Shown: positions 27,446-42,453, counted from the stretch's first letter. The stretch is 64,000 bases of DNA from Eledone cirrhosa (GCA_964016885.1 OZ024742.1:281852001-281916000), one strand, 5' to 3'. The notes: generated by a model from the letters alone, not told the origin. Made by a program: numbers and translations.

Positions 27446-28360
27446 CTTTTCAGATATTTGAAAAAAACGCAGCATCGGCCGGAAGATGTCAGATGAAAAG
27501 GAAAGAGCTATGGAGATTTTTCAAAGTTCGCGATGGCTTGTTCTCTTAATGATCTTTCCATATAGATATCTCTCAATAATATCTGACATTGAAGATTACT
27601 TCTTTGACTGGGCATATAGCCAAGATTTGCAAATGGAAACACGACTGCAGTCAGTTAGAATGAATCACATGTTCGCTATTAATATTGCTTTTATCGACCA
27701 TCCGACCTGAAACGGTAAAAAGCCATTCATTGTTGGCCCATACAGAATATTAATATATATAGTAATATGATGGTGTTGTTCTTGTTGCTTTATAGCCCTA
27801 GGTTAACCTGGATAGAGTAGATCAACCCGTTTTATTAAAGGGAACAATAAAAACCATGGTTGCCTCATACGGTAGAGATGATATGATAGTATATTAAATA
27901 TCCAATGATTCATATTATATATAAACAGAGTAAAATAAAAAATATATATTCATTTAAACATAGTATATATATTTGTTTATTATATATAGATTAACAATTT
28001 TATTTATTATATATTATTTACAATTTGTGTGTAGGGGGGTCTCTATGGATATAGAGGTGTGGGTACTACGTAACCGTGAGTGGGGGAGGGGCAAAAGTTT
28101 GAGAACCTCTGCTTTTGATGATAGTGTAGATTTATGGCGATATCGCTTCTCTCTTTAGCAAATTAAACCATCATTCAGGCTTATTTGATTATTAACGAGT
28201 TTAATTTTTATATCGTAGTGACTATTTTTTTAGGTTCCTACAACACGGCTCGTGATTCTTAAAGTTAAATCTAAACTATAATAAAGGAAGGTCTGCGGGA
28301 CTACGTACGGTTTATTATTTTTTATCCCGTTAGTAAAATAAGTTGGATTACTTTGAATAA

Positions 28361-28552
28361 ATAATTGTTTCTAATTTTGGCACAAGGCCAGCAATTACCC
28401 CGGTGTATTACTGGTACTTTATTTTATCGACCCCGTAAGGATGAAAGGTAAAGTTAACCTCGCCGGGATTTGAACTCAGATCATAAAGGGCCGTAACTCT
28501 TTGCTGCAAAGCATGAGGTCCGACCGTCTACCGATACTGCCAATCCACCGCC
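28361..28552 (-). mobile_element. tRNA-derived SINE
   Basis: Reverse complement of the SINE consensus; ctttgaataaataat duplicated on both sides. Confidence 0.85.
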
Positions 28553-29939
28553 GTTACTTTGAATAAATAATGAATGAATATTACATAATTTATCTACTAA
28601 ATTTCGTAAAAATAAATAATTTAAATTGACTTCTTTAGCAAAGTTGCACTTCCGGTATATTGTTGCCACCACCACCACCACTTAAACTACCATATATTTA
28701 GAAAGAGAGAGTGTGTGATGTCAACACTTCCGGTGGCGATCACTTAAATAAACATACTAATTTTCTCCTAATGCAGTTTATATATAATATCGTCTTTTTT
28801 TAATGTATCATGGATTATGTTACTGATTACATAAGACAGTGTAACAACGTCTTCGTTCAATTTCTGTTTATATTGTCAATTACGATTTTATTTGATGTAT
28901 CATATCTACATGTATATATACTTGCGTATAATATCAATATACACACTACACATGCTAGCAGAAAACCACCTGAAGGGTGGGTTTTTTGCTAGTCCTTTTA
29001 ACACTCTGCTAATGTGTTTCCGGTTTAGAGATTACTAAAAGGTTGGCACCAAGAATGGCATACAGATGTAAAACCTTAAATCAAAAGAACCTCAGGAGGA
29101 ATATGAAGTCCGACATTGGGCCCGTAATGCATATTTCTGAGATAGCAGAAAACATAACTTTAAAAGATATTTTTATACTCTGTTTTCCACACATTTAGCT
29201 TTGCTAAGTTTCCATTTGCTGTTGATTATTAATTCTAATTCAATGGTTGTTCTGCCTTTGGAGCCTAAAATACGTGGTTAGTGATGTTACATAGAGACAA
29301 CCATCAATATCATGTATTATATATCTGGTAGCAATCCACACTGGATTTAATGACGTTTCATGCAATCTGCAGATTTTATTGTCTTGTTTCACTAACGATA
29401 AAACTATGTTGTGGAGGTCACAATATATATTGTATAAATGTCAGATTTTCACGTATTTTCAAGTCTTCTTTTTATACTTGAGAACTATCCCTACATATGC
29501 TGCATGTCCATTTTGAGTTTTTAATCTTCAGCTAGATAAATATTTAAGTTTTTTTTCCACTTTTTTCGTGGTTGGTTCATGTTTATCTCGGCTTTAAATT
29601 ATTTTCCTACTTCTTTACTTTGCAAATAAATACATCAAATACAAAATAGTAATACAATGCAATAAATTACTCTGGGAAGCAATTACATCTTGGAAGAGTC
29701 ATGATAACACTGTAAAACACAGATATATCGACACATTCACTTTAAAGTTATGTAGTGAGGATATTACGAGGTGTCATCGGAAAGTTCATGCACATTGTCT
29801 TAAACAAAGTACACCAGTACCCCAGAAAAATAAGTAATTCTCCTGAAAGCCTTCCAACACTATCAATCTCTTGATTAGAGACAGCAAATACTTTACAAAG
29901 GAGGGAGAGAGAGAGAGAGAGAGAGGAAGGCATCGATAC

Positions 29940-30006
<67 letters not shown>

Positions 30007-30517
30007 AAGAGAGAGAGAGAGTCTCGACGTGACACCACTTTAGCTTAAAAAGTTATACCATTCCCAATCAAGAAATCTGGAATAAACACCGCAAGATATA
30101 TTTTTCTACACTAGTTATCGTATTCAGAGAAACTAAAATATATTCTGTCTATGCCATCATCAAGAAAAAAACAATAGTTAATCAGACAGACAATTTATGA
30201 GTTGCCCAGTTGAACACCTATCATCTGTTTCTTTGATGACTTTACTAGAATATCCACTCTCTTGCAAACTTCTGCACTATTTCTCTGCCGGCAACGAGAA
30301 AAATTACTCCCATTTAATTTCTGCACAAGGCTAGTCACTCTGGCTTTGAAAAGAATTATCAATGCTCTACTTCCGTCTGTGACTGAGTAACTGAAAAAAG
30401 AGAACAAAAAAACGGAAAAAAGAAAGAAAAAGAAAAGAATATACAAGCAAATGAGGAACCCTTTAATCTTTACAATTTGTACGTTTTCAACAAATATAGA
30501 TAAACGTGATGTATTTA

Positions 30518-30551
<34 letters not shown>

Positions 30552-30608
30552 ATCTTCTCTCTCTCTTGCTCTATCGCTCTCTCTCTCTGGCCCTCTCTTC
30601 CCCCCCCC

Positions 30609-30661
<53 letters not shown>

Positions 30662-30691
30662 CTCGCTCTCTCTCTCTATGTATGTAAAGAG

Positions 30692-30757
30692 AGAAGAAGC
30701 AGAAGAAGAAGAAGAAGAAGAAGAAGAAGAAGAAGAAGAAGAAGAAGAAGAAGAAGA
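30692..30757. repeat. (GAA)n microsatellite
   Basis: Direct repetition. Confidence 0.95.
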
Positions 30758-31080
30758 GATGGTCATGAAGAGATTGTTTAGAGTTTACGATAAGCAGAAG
30801 ATCAGAGGAAGAGCCAATACCAATAGTAGCCATTGTTCAAATACTATTTCTTCTGAGATTGTTCGATTGTAGCTCCGTGGTTCTTTTGTCTCCTTATTCA
30901 TCTATTCTTTTACATCATTATGTTGGGTTTACACACACACATATAGACATACACACATACATACACACACACACACACATGCACACACATACATACACAT
31001 ATATAGGCACATCCACACACACAAACACAAACGTATATATATAAAAAGTATACATGCACATATATTTGTGTGATACATAC

Positions 31081-31126
<46 letters not shown>

Positions 31127-31251
31127 CTGTGTGTGTGTGTATAACAATAAATTGAATTATTTCTTATATACACCGAACATCTGGTACATTTTCTTCTCTT
31201 TACTTTCGCTATCTTTTCTACCTTTGTTTTTTCTTTTCTTTTCTTGTTTTG

Positions 31252-31355
<104 letters not shown>

Positions 31356-31468
31356 AACATATTGAGCGTTATCTTTTTTGTTCCCTGTATTATTCAAAAA
31401 TACAAAGAAGTATATTTGCATATATCTCTACTTGTGTGTGTATATATATATATCTGTGTGTGTGTGTG

Positions 31469-31516
<48 letters not shown>

Positions 31517-31524
31517 AGTGTGTG

Positions 31525-31589
<65 letters not shown>

Positions 31590-32073
31590 ACATAAGAACA
31601 TCTGCTTGCCCCCTTATGCCCTTGAGGTACTGTGAATATAAGGATTAATAACTTTGAATTCAGTAGAAAATGTAATATTCAGTTTGCTTAAATTGATAAA
31701 GAAAAAAGAATCTTTGATTTATTTGTTCAACTTTAGAACAACAGTATGTTACAGTTGGTCTGTTGGTGTTTATACGAACACACACACACACATATATATA
31801 CACACACACGCTCATATATATGCATACATATCAATCATACATACACACCCTCATACTCCCAGGCATGCATGTATATATATATATATATATACATATATAT
31901 ATAAATAATTAATATCTAGTAACATATATATACATACAGATGCATATCAATGCTAGCAAATATATAGGTTTTGTCTTAGTAACTTTGTGGTTCAATGCAT
32001 GGGGTTGCAGAACAATAATATGAGAGACGTAAAATAAGAAAATTATAAAATTAACTTACTTACTAAAATATCA

Positions 32074-32153
32074 CTTCCAACTAATTAGTTTCTGGAATGG
32101 AATAAATATATTTTCCGAAGAAAACACAGAGAATCATTCCGTCGTCAGGGAAG
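32074..32153 (-). ncRNA. Hammerhead with extended domain II (diverged family H copy, element about 31900-32200)
   Basis: cttcc CTGACGA c ggaatg...tgtgttttc TTCG gaaaatata...cattcc a GAAA ctaattag TT ggaag. Confidence 0.85.
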
Positions 32154-32285
32154 ACTATTCTCATCTAAGTATCCAGGCAAAGCGTGGACACTTTGTTTTT
32201 GACCACTGCCGAAATTCGACCTCGCTGAAATTATATTTATATGTGTATATATATATGTGTATATATATATAGAGAGAGAGATAAC

Positions 32286-32371
<86 letters not shown>

Positions 32372-32596
32372 TTATTATTATTAGAAAGTGAGGTTTTTTT
32401 ACAAAAATGAAAAAAAACGATGTGTCCTACACGAGTGAAAGTATAAGGGAAAAAGATGAAATCGAAAATGCAATTGGAGTCTTTTTTTTTTTAAATATAC
32501 TTATTTGGTTCCTTTACCGGTTTCGAAGTTCTTGTGCTTTTCAGAAGTAGAATTGAGATGGAGGGTTTGTGGTTTATCATATATATATACTGTTTA

Positions 32597-33005
32597 TACG
32601 AGTTCTGTCCCAAAAGTAAAGGTACTAATTGTCATATGCACGGCATTGTAATGCAGCACCTCGTTGATGTATATAACCGTGCTATTTACTATCTTCGCTG
32701 TACGTACGGGTCCAGTGATTCGAAAGGACATTATGGGAGATTGGTTACTGCACCACGATAATGCGGCTGTTCACACAACACTTTCAGTTAGAGAATTTCC
32801 GGAGAAGAAAAACGTTCCTGCTCTTCCACATCCTCTCTACATCCCAGATCTAACTCCGTGTGATTTCTACTCCTCTCCTACGTTGAAATCGAAGTTGAAG
32901 GGTCATCATTTTGGTACTGTGGAAAACGTACAAAAAATTGTAACTGACAAGCTAGGGACACTCACAGAAAATTATTTCCGGCACTGCTACGATCAATGGA
33001 AAAAG
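32597..33005 (+). pseudogene. Mariner transposase remnant, internally deleted
   Basis: WLLHHDNAAVH...PHPLYIPDLTPCDF...LKSKLKGHHF; TIR-like TACGAGTTCTGTCCCAAAAGT at 32597. Confidence 0.85.
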
Positions 33006-33068
33006 AGTTCTACGCCTAATATACATTTAAATAAAATATCAGCACCTCCGCTTTTAAGAAAAACCTCG

Positions 33069-33128
<60 letters not shown>

Positions 33129-33135
33129 TGCATGC

Positions 33136-33177
<42 letters not shown>

Positions 33178-33185
<8 letters not shown>

Positions 33186-34557
33186 CGTAAAATAAGAAAA
33201 TCCCTTTAAAAAAAATTTTTTTTTTTAAATTTTTACTTACTTAAATTTTCACTCCAACTAATTAGTTTCTGCAATGGGATAAAGACAGTTACGTAATCTA
33301 ACTGTCGAGAATTCATTGCGTCATCAGGGAGTCTATTCTCAGCTAAGTCTCCAGGCAATGCGCGGACACTGGCGGCTCATATAAAAATAATAATAATTCG
33401 GTAGATGGAACAGCTAGCGAGGACTGAATTCCATGCACTGAAATCCTCACTGCCTCTTGTCAAATGGCCGATTCTAAAGAATCAATCACGTGACACAGAG
33501 GCTAGTCAGAAGGAATGGGATGGTAAGATGACAGACGCCTACTAACACCCCCCCAAAAAAAAATTTTTTTAGAAGTGGTTTTGGCAGGTTTGCTCGACAA
33601 ATCAGTGATTTGGAGATAAATATAGATAATTTAATATATCAACTAATATAAGTGCACAGATGCACGCCTATGCCAGCAAATACACAGGTTATGTCATAGT
33701 ACCTAGGTGGTTCAATGCAGGAGGATGCAGAACAATAATATAAAAGACGTAAAATGAGAAAATCCCTTTAAAAAAAATTTTTTTTTTAATTTTTACTTAC
33801 TTAAATTTTCACTCCAACTAATTAGTTTCTGCAATGGGATAAAGACAGTTACGTAATCTAACTGTCGAGAATTCATTGCGTCATCAGGGAGTCTATTCTC
33901 AGCTAAGTCTCCAGGCAATGCGCGGACACTGGCGGCTCATATAAAAATAATAATAATTCGGTAGATGGAACAGCTAGCGAGGACTGAATTCCATTTATCT
34001 CCAAATCACTGATTTGTCGAGCAAACCTGCCAAAACCACTTCTAAAAAAATTTTTTTTTTGGGGGGGGGGATGTTAGTAGGCGTCTGTCATCTTACCATC
34101 CCATTCCTTCTGCCTAGCCTCTGTGTCACGTGATTGATTCTTTAGAATCGGCCATTTGACTAGAGGCAGTGAGGATTTCAGTGCATGGAATTCAGTCCTC
34201 GCTAGCTGTTCCATCTACTGAATTATTATTATTTTTATATGAGCCGCCAGTGTCCGCGCATTGCCTGGAGACTTATCTGAGAATAGACTCCCTGATGACG
34301 CAATGAATTCTCGACAGTTAGATTACGTAACTGTCTTTATCCCATTGCAGAAACTAATTAGTTGGAGTGAAAATTTAAGTAAGTAAAAATTAAAAAAAAA
34401 AAATTTTTTTTAAAGGGATTTTCTTATTTTACGTCTTTTATATTATTGTTCTGCCTCCTCCTGCATTGAACCACCTAGGTACTATGACATAACCTGTGTA
34501 TTTGCTGGCATAGGCGTGCATCTGTGCACTTATGTTAGTTGATATATTAAATTATCT
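33178..34557. mobile_element. ORF-less element H: about 1.45 tandem 560-nt units plus an inverted full monomer
   Basis: 33178-33432 repeats at 33740-33993; 33994-34557 is one permuted inverted unit; HHRs at 33251-33332 (-), 33811-33892 (-), 34287-34368 (+). Confidence 0.88.
34287..34368 (+). ncRNA. Hammerhead with 51-nt domain II
   Basis: actcc CTGATGA c gcaatg aattctc gacagtta gattacg taactgtc tttatcc cattgc a GAAA ctaattag TT ggagt. Confidence 0.88.
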
Positions 34558-34732
34558 CTCTCTATATATATATATATAACGAAGGAGTTGTGGTAAGGAA
34601 CCAGATGGAACATAACGCACCAGAGTACTCAATACTTAGGGTAGTAGAGTGGGTAATAGGAGAAAGTATAACCCCGACGGCAGAGCTCAAGCCGTTTCGA
34701 CGGGGCTATTTTCGTCGGGGGACATACTTTCT

Positions 34733-34766
<34 letters not shown>

Positions 34767-34771
<5 letters not shown>

Positions 34772-34951
34772 GTTTCTACTTTTGGCACAAGGCCAGCAAT
34801 TATCCAGAACATTACTGGTACTTTATTGTATCGACCCCGAAAGGATGAATGCAAAGTTAACCTTGGCGGGATTTGAACTCAGAATGGAAAGAGCCATAAC
34901 CCTATGCGTCAAAGCAAGGCGTCCGGCCCTCTACCGACACTGTCAATCCAT
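34767..34951 (-). mobile_element. tRNA-derived SINE
   Basis: Matches the SINE consensus. Confidence 0.85.
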
Positions 34952-34997
34952 ATATAATGAAAGGGGTTTATGATGGCGTATATGATACGTTTATATA

Positions 34998-35211
34998 TAA
35001 TGGTTTCTTATATACGCACAAGACCATCAATTTTGGAGGAGGGGAAAGTCGATTATATCAACCCAGTGCATTACTGGTACTTTATTTCATCGACCCCATA
35101 AGGATGAAAGGCAATGTTAACCTCGGCGGGATTTGAACTCAGAATGGCAAGGGCCGTAACTCTATGCGTCAAAGCATGGTGTCCGACCCTCTACCGATAC
35201 TGCCAATCCAA
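34998..35211 (-). mobile_element. tRNA-derived SINE (long-tail form)
   Basis: Matches the 2531-2748 form. Confidence 0.85.
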
Positions 35212-36823
35212 TATACATACATATGTCACGTTATAACTGTTTAAATATTGGATCATATCACAGGTAACCCAGTTGCGTGAGTGTGTGTCCGTGAAACATA
35301 CATATACACCAGGTCCGAACAGGAAAGAACTAAACCCCCACTGTCACCGCTTCAATCTCTCCCGCTCTCTCCATCGCTCCCTATTATGAGCAAATTGGGG
35401 CCAAAATTTTGCGTTTCCCCGGAGGTTAGTAAAGGAGACACACTAGAAGAACCATTCCAGTTCGTGAGGACACCAGACATGTGTCTATAAGACAAGAATA
35501 AGCTATAACTTTTATACCTTTTGAAACACTAGTGACTGGAGTTCTCACATGACTACAAATTTAAATGTGATATGATTAAGTTCTCAGATCAAATGCCACC
35601 AAGGTCAACTTTTCCTGTCATCCTTTTTTCAGGAGTCGATAAAATAAAGTACCAGTCAATTTCTGGGGTTTATTTTACCATATTTATTCTCCACATAATT
35701 TTCTGATCAAAATATTGTCTCTTTACCCGATATGTGCTATTTAACCACGGCTCTTTATGCTCTGTGATCAAATCCTGCAGAGGTCATCTTTGCTTTTCAT
35801 CTTTTCGAGGGTAGGTTAAGTAAAGATCTAATCAATGTTGGTGGTGGATTTAATCGACTTTTCCCTCCAACCAAACCCTTATTATTGCCGTTGTTGTTTA
35901 TCTCTTGGTCCGTTTTGTCCAAACTGACGTATGATCAAAAGTTTTAGTGATTTTTATCCAAGCGTATTCTATCCAGAAAATGATTATGTATACTTCATTT
36001 TTTCTAGAAACGGTTCAAGAGAGAGGAAGGATTTGAAGTTGATTTGTCTACTATTTCTAGCAGGTCCATCGATTGTGTACATGCCTCCGTGGTTGGCTCG
36101 ACAGCTGGAAGGTAAACCCTCACGATAACTATTAGCGACCTATTAGAGAGCGAGCCATAAAATAAATATAACAGATTTTTTTTTTTTGCCTTTATATTCA
36201 TTTGTTCAGTAATTGTTTATTTATTTGTTTGTTTGTTTGTTTTTTTATTGATTTATATTGATATTACATATAAGAGAATTGCTGATGAAGAGATTCGTAG
36301 AATGATACGTGTAAAAACAACATGAACGTAAGTTTTCAGGAAAAAAATGATAACGAAATGATAGTAAGTTATCTTAAGAGAGACGGGGTGAAATACGAAT
36401 GGAAGAGAAACAGAGTAAGCAGGCAGTAGAGAGAAAGAAAGATGGCGACAGATAGAATGAAAGAATGAGTGAGATATATGGAGAGAGTTTGTGTGAGTGA
36501 TTTACAGCCGGTGTACGGCGCTAAAAGGACACTATTGATTCACACTTAAGTGATTGATATGAGACAGGAAAAAAAAAGAACGATAGAAAGAAAGAAGAAA
36601 CTAAGAGAGTAACGAAAACAACAAGGACTGGATGTCAGACATATTCAGTGAAGCAGTAGAGAGCTTATATCCCTATTTAGTAATATGGTATACATCATTA
36701 TCTCAAAATAGGTTTCTCAATATTGACGCCATCAGCTTACATACCACCTGATGGGTTTGACCTTTCGTTTCCACAAACAATACGCTAATACACCTCCAGC
36801 CTTTTCCACCACTTCTGTTCTCC

Positions 36824-36882
<59 letters not shown>

Positions 36883-37218
36883 TCTCGCTCTCTCTCTATC
36901 TCTCTTTTCTAAACTCCTTTATATATATATGTATATATATATATGTGGGGGGGGGGGGGGCGTGTGTATGTATATATATATATATATACATAGTATAGAG
37001 TAAAGCATGTCCAGAGAATTATTTGATAATATATATACATCATCTCTATTCCCAATCAGCATAATTAACCACACAAAAAAATCAATTAGACCGGGCTATA
37101 AGAATAAAAGGCACCTATGAAGAAACAGTAAATAAATACGCCACAGCAACGTCTTCGTGTCCAACCGCTATAGAATATTTACCCAACATTTCAACAGCAT
37201 ATATATATATATATATAG

Positions 37219-40200
37219 TATTATACCTTGGGAGGGTCATGTTGCCAATAAGAAACACACGCACCAGTTGCTTTCACTTCAATTTATTATAAATTAAATT
37301 TATAAATTTTGGAATTTATAAATTTCCGGTTGGTTGGTTGGTTCCACAACCAGACGATTTTTCATATATTGTCAAAGTTCTTTCGTCAAACATTCTGTGA
37401 CCTCTTCAGTGACTGGGGATTCTTTTCTTTGTTTTTGTGCCTCTCCTTTGTTCTGTCCTACGCCATCTTGTTTTTGTGTGTGTTGTGTGCTTAGTTTGCG
37501 TATGTGTCACATCCGGGTATCTGTGTGTGTTTATATTTGTTTATTTATTAGTTTATTTACATGTTACTGGTTGGTTGTTTATTCTATGCGTGTGTGTGTT
37601 TTCATTTTGTCCTTAATTGTAAGTTGTGATGTTGCTATTCCATTCATGCTTTCTATTTAATTTTGGTTGGAGTTCATTTATGTTTATTGCCTCTGTGATT
37701 TGTCTAAACATTGCGTCTTTTCTGTGTGTAGATTCTATTTTTATTTCTATGTTCTCTAATTTACCCTTATGTTCTATTTTAGCATGTTGGTAGAGTACAG
37801 TTGATTCTTTACTATCTTGAAGCTCTCGCCAGTGTTCATTTATCCGTTCTCCTATACTACGAGCTGTCTCACCTATGTACACTATACTCTTATCTCTACA
37901 TTGTCCTTCAGTACATCTTATGCTATATACTACATTTCTAGTTTTACAGTTAATATGGGGGCTTAATTTACAGATTATACATTTCTTATCTATACAGGGA
38001 CGTCTTTGAAAAGGGTATGTATTGCTAATAAGTGTTTTTATGGAGGTACCTCGTCTTTCTACTATCTTAATATTGAGTTTATGTTTATCTAGGGCCCTTC
38101 TGAATTTGTAAGCTAATTCACCTCTAGGTGTTGTATTGATGAACATTACACTCTGGTATTTATTGCTATCATACCATGAGTTTATTCTATTAACCTTATT
38201 CCTAGTTCTTTCTATTCTATTCCAAATTTTGTTCCTATACAAGGTGCAGGTCCCATTTGTATCATTATTTACCATTTGTTCCCATTTGGTTCTGGCTCCT
38301 CTATATACTCTCATCTTATCTCTCTGATTGTAACCATAGAACTGCATACGGTGGATGAAGTGTTGTATGTGTCTCTCTAGTTCTTTGGGGTTGCACATGC
38401 GGGACACGTTTCTCATCACCCGTGCCAAATCCACAATCAGTATGTTGATTTTGGTGTGGTCCGAAACAGCTGAGTTTCGGTGGATCAGGTATTTGGAAGT
38501 CATGGGTTTGGCACAATGGGAATGGAGGATGTGTTTTTTGTTCTTGATAGTATCTAACCAGAGCTCTGTACAGGTAATCGATGGTTGGGATGTTTGATTG
38601 GGTAGTCTATAGTAACTCTAATACTCTGGTGGATGGAGTTAGCTATTTGCTGGATGCTTTACATGGTGTTTTTCTCTAATTCCTGATTGTTCTCTAGTGG
38701 GTGTGTTTTTACTACGATGTTTATATCATCAACGTAGCGGGAGGTCATTATCAAGCTTAAGAGGTTGTTGTCTTCTAATTGTTCTTTAAGTTTAAGTTTA
38801 AGTCTATTGTCCCACCATACCATGAATAGGTTAGCTATGTCACCTGCAATGCTAACACCAATGGCCGGTCCCTCCTCTTGGGTATATGTTTTTCCATTAA
38901 ATTTGAACATATGTTCGTTAAGGGTTAATTTTATACTGGCCCCCAACGCATGTGCAATCATTTTCTTTAGTTCATCGTGGTTTTCGGGGGTTCGTATGGC
39001 TCTGATCTACCCGTTCAATCTATCTGTGTGGGTTTTCTTGGCCATTGAGGTAATGGTAGGTGGTCTGCCTCTTGCTGGTCTTGTAGGGCACAGGATGCTA
39101 AGGTCGTATGTATCTAGATAGTTATTACTATAAGTAAGTTTAAGTAGGAGTCGCAGGTCACTGGTATCAATCCCACGGAATTCAACATTGCTCTCACTGA
39201 TCATTTCTACGCATTTCTCCACAGCAAAATCCACACCAATAGATGGATACAGGGACACAACATCCATACTGCCTATTATGCAGTTTGTTAGGTCCCTAGA
39301 TCGGTTACCTTGGCTGATTCTGCTGAGGAGGTCCTCCGTGCTGTCACATATATCTGGGGACATTTCAATGATGGGGCGTATGATCAGGGAGAGGAAGTAG
39401 GAAAGTCTGTAGTTACTAGCAATGTTAGCTCCACAGACTGGCCGTGTTGGTGGTCCTGTGACAGGGTCACTGCTCGTTTTATGGTCTTTTCGAAGCCCAT
39501 ACAACGCTGGCACGTCATTGTTCCAGGCCTGGAAGTTGTTGGCAGTCCTTTTGTTGGGCAGCATTATGTTTGTCCACATCATCATATGGGCATTGAGGGT
39601 TTTTTCTCTATCCTCATGCTCTTGTGGTGTTACTTCTCTTGTGTTAGTGATGTGGGGTTGCATTGCCTGGATGTATTTTGACAGACTGTCAACCGACACT
39701 CTGCCAGACTTGTCTGTTGGAAAGCATGCAATCTCTCCATTACACGAGCGCTGCATGAGCTTACGCAAGCCATTTGCAGATTTTTCTCCCAGTTGCTGGG
39801 CCTCGATTCTATTTTGCTTCTTACTATACTGTTCTATAATGTTTCTAAGTTTAGATCTAGCTATACTAAATTGTGCTTCTGTTTGTTCATCGACCTGCGA
39901 CGGCAATTGCGTGCGTTTGTTAAAAGCTAAAGTTGTGGCGTGGACTCGTCGCAGGTTGAAAGACTTATCGGAAGGATTATAAAAAGTAGAGATCCAGGCT
40001 GCTGCTTTATGTGTGCTATTGCTATTGTTATTGTTAATTGTGTTGTTTCAATTTCTATTTCCACCAACAACCTCATGGTTGTTTCTATGTCTCTCATTAT
40101 TACTCTTGTCTTTTTCCTCTGGCTCATTGTTATTATCTACTCTATTTTGTGTGTCTGTGTGTTCGTCCTGGTTATTTTCTCTGTCAGTATTGATAGTCTC

Positions 40201-41113
40201 CTTTCTCCTTTCAATCCTATTACTTTCCCTTATTTCTGTGTTACTGTCATTATCTGTTTTCTGTGTCTGTGTGTTTGTTAAGATTGTGGTGGTGGTGAGA
40301 GGCATAGAATGTGTGTGTGTTGTTGTTGTTGTTGTTGATGCGTGCTGTTGTTGATGTGTGTTGCTGTTGTTGTCTCCGTGTATGTTATTATTGTTGTGTG
40401 TATTGTTATTGTTGTTTGTGTCTGTGTGTCTGTTGTTGTTGGGATGTGTGTTGTATGTGTGTGTGTGCGTATGTTGTTACCTTTGTTTTTGTTTTTGTTT
40501 TTGAGGCTCCAACGTAATTTTGTAAATGATTTTTCTATTTCTGACAAGCATTTTATCATATTTACCTTATTATATGTGGCATATTTAGGTGGTAGCTGTA
40601 ATATCGATAATTCATCACAGTCGACTGTAGTGTTGCCGTACATATTTGTGTTGTTGTTGTTGCATTCATTCAAAATGAAAACACACACACACATAGAACA
40701 AACAACCAACAAGTAACATGTAAATAAACAAATAAATAAACAAATATAAACACACACAGACACCCGGATGTAACACATGCGCAAACTAAGCGCACAACAC
40801 ACACACAAACAAGATGGCGTAGGACAGAACAAAGGAGAGGCACAAAAACAAAGAAAAGAATCCCCAGTCACTGAAGAGGTCACAGAATGTGTGACGAAAG
40901 AACTTTGACAATATATGAACAATCGTCTGGTTGTGGAACCAACCAACCGGAAATTTATAAATTCCAAAATTTATAAATTTAATTTATAATAAATTGAAGT
41001 GAAAGCAACTGGTGCGTGTGTTTCTTATTGGCAACATGACCCTCCCAAAGTATAACAATATCGGTTTCAACACACGTTTTCAGATAAAGAAACTTGCTAA
41101 ACAAATTCAGAAA

Positions 41114-41115
<2 letters not shown>
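37219..41115 (-). mobile_element. Second, 5'-truncated copy of the 11.8-16.3 kb PLE family with inverted pLTRs
   Basis: Arms 37219-37610 and 40671-41060; HHRs at 37371-37413 (-) and 40867-40909 (+); flanked by (TA)n. Confidence 0.92.
37613..40668 (-). pseudogene. PLE RT-GIY-YIG polyprotein, fragmented
   Basis: YGLRKDHK, SMDVVSLYPSI, QEEGPAIGVSIAG, SRYVDD, YIGETAR; several frameshifts. Confidence 0.9.
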
Positions 41116-41194
<79 letters not shown>

Positions 41195-42173
41195 ATCGGG
41201 GAAAGCTAAAAGCGATACTCCGGCCAAATTCCAACTCACTCAACAAACATTAAGAAATACCTGAGTATATTCCCAATTAAACGTGTGGGGTGCTAACTAT
41301 ATTGTATTGTGTGGATAATTGGCTGTATTATTTCATATGAGAAGACACGGAAAGTTGTGAGGTGGGCGAAAAGTATATATGATTAATACAGTGGGGATTA
41401 CAGTTCTCTTAATCATCTATGCCTTTCACCCACATCACAACTTTCCGTCACTCCATAGCGACCACAATCCATGCTTTTCCGTCCTTATAGGCCTTTCTGT
41501 CCGACGTCTATAACAAACAAATCCCAATACATATCTATAATGAATAATTGAATATCTATACGAGTCGTTAAACTGTAAACAATACAAAAAAATATGTAGA
41601 ATAAAGAGGGTTGTGAGAGAAATTATTTAGATAAGACAACGCCACACTTCTGACTGATCAAGGAGAAATCAATAAAAGGAAAGATGACCACACGTGTGTA
41701 AGCGGGAGCAGAAGTAAATTAGAACGAATACATTAAGAAAGAAAAGGCGACGTAGTCTTATCAATAAACCATGATTAATGATCCTGTCGAGTACTTACCA
41801 ACATTTAGTTTTGGCACCAAGATAAATCGCATACAGTATACTCTATAAATGTTGGGCGATCAAATAGAGACAATATAGCTTAGAGAGGATTCTTTAGTTT
41901 AGTCGAACATATAACCTCATCACCATTTGTGCCACGGTAAAAAGTCACATAGGAAATTCTGTAAAGAGGTTGTGTTGGTGCCAAGATAAAATGCAACCAG
42001 TACACTCACTAATGTAGCACCGGCGTCACGATAAAATGCATCAGGTACTCGCTGTAAGAGTATTGGCACTGGGAAGGGAATCCAGTCGTAGACACTGTAT
42101 CAAATAAGGAATAAACAAAATGGTCTCTTCGATCAGGCTATCGGGAAGCTACTGTAAATCGATGATAAAGATG

Positions 42174-42270
<97 letters not shown>

Positions 42271-42453
42271 CCAAAATTAAATTAAGGATGTCATGTCTGA
42301 GAAACATTGTTTCATATGTTTATTTTATATATATATATGTCAATAGATTTCTAGTTGATATATAAATATATATATGAAGGACTAATTTTATTCATATGTA
42401 ACCCATGTGCAACCACGCAGCACGCCATTTTTCATATATATATATATATATAT

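Noticed and set aside
29766-29800. Mariner TIR-like TACGAGGTGTCATCGGAAAGTTC
   Set aside because: No partner TIR or transposase nearby
30678-30872. Poly-Glu/Arg/Ser ORFs; also poly-His ORF at 57505-57765
   Set aside because: Trinucleotide microsatellites with no exon evidence
36278-36320. CTGATGA with small attc/gaat stem
   Set aside because: GAAA absent and no stem I
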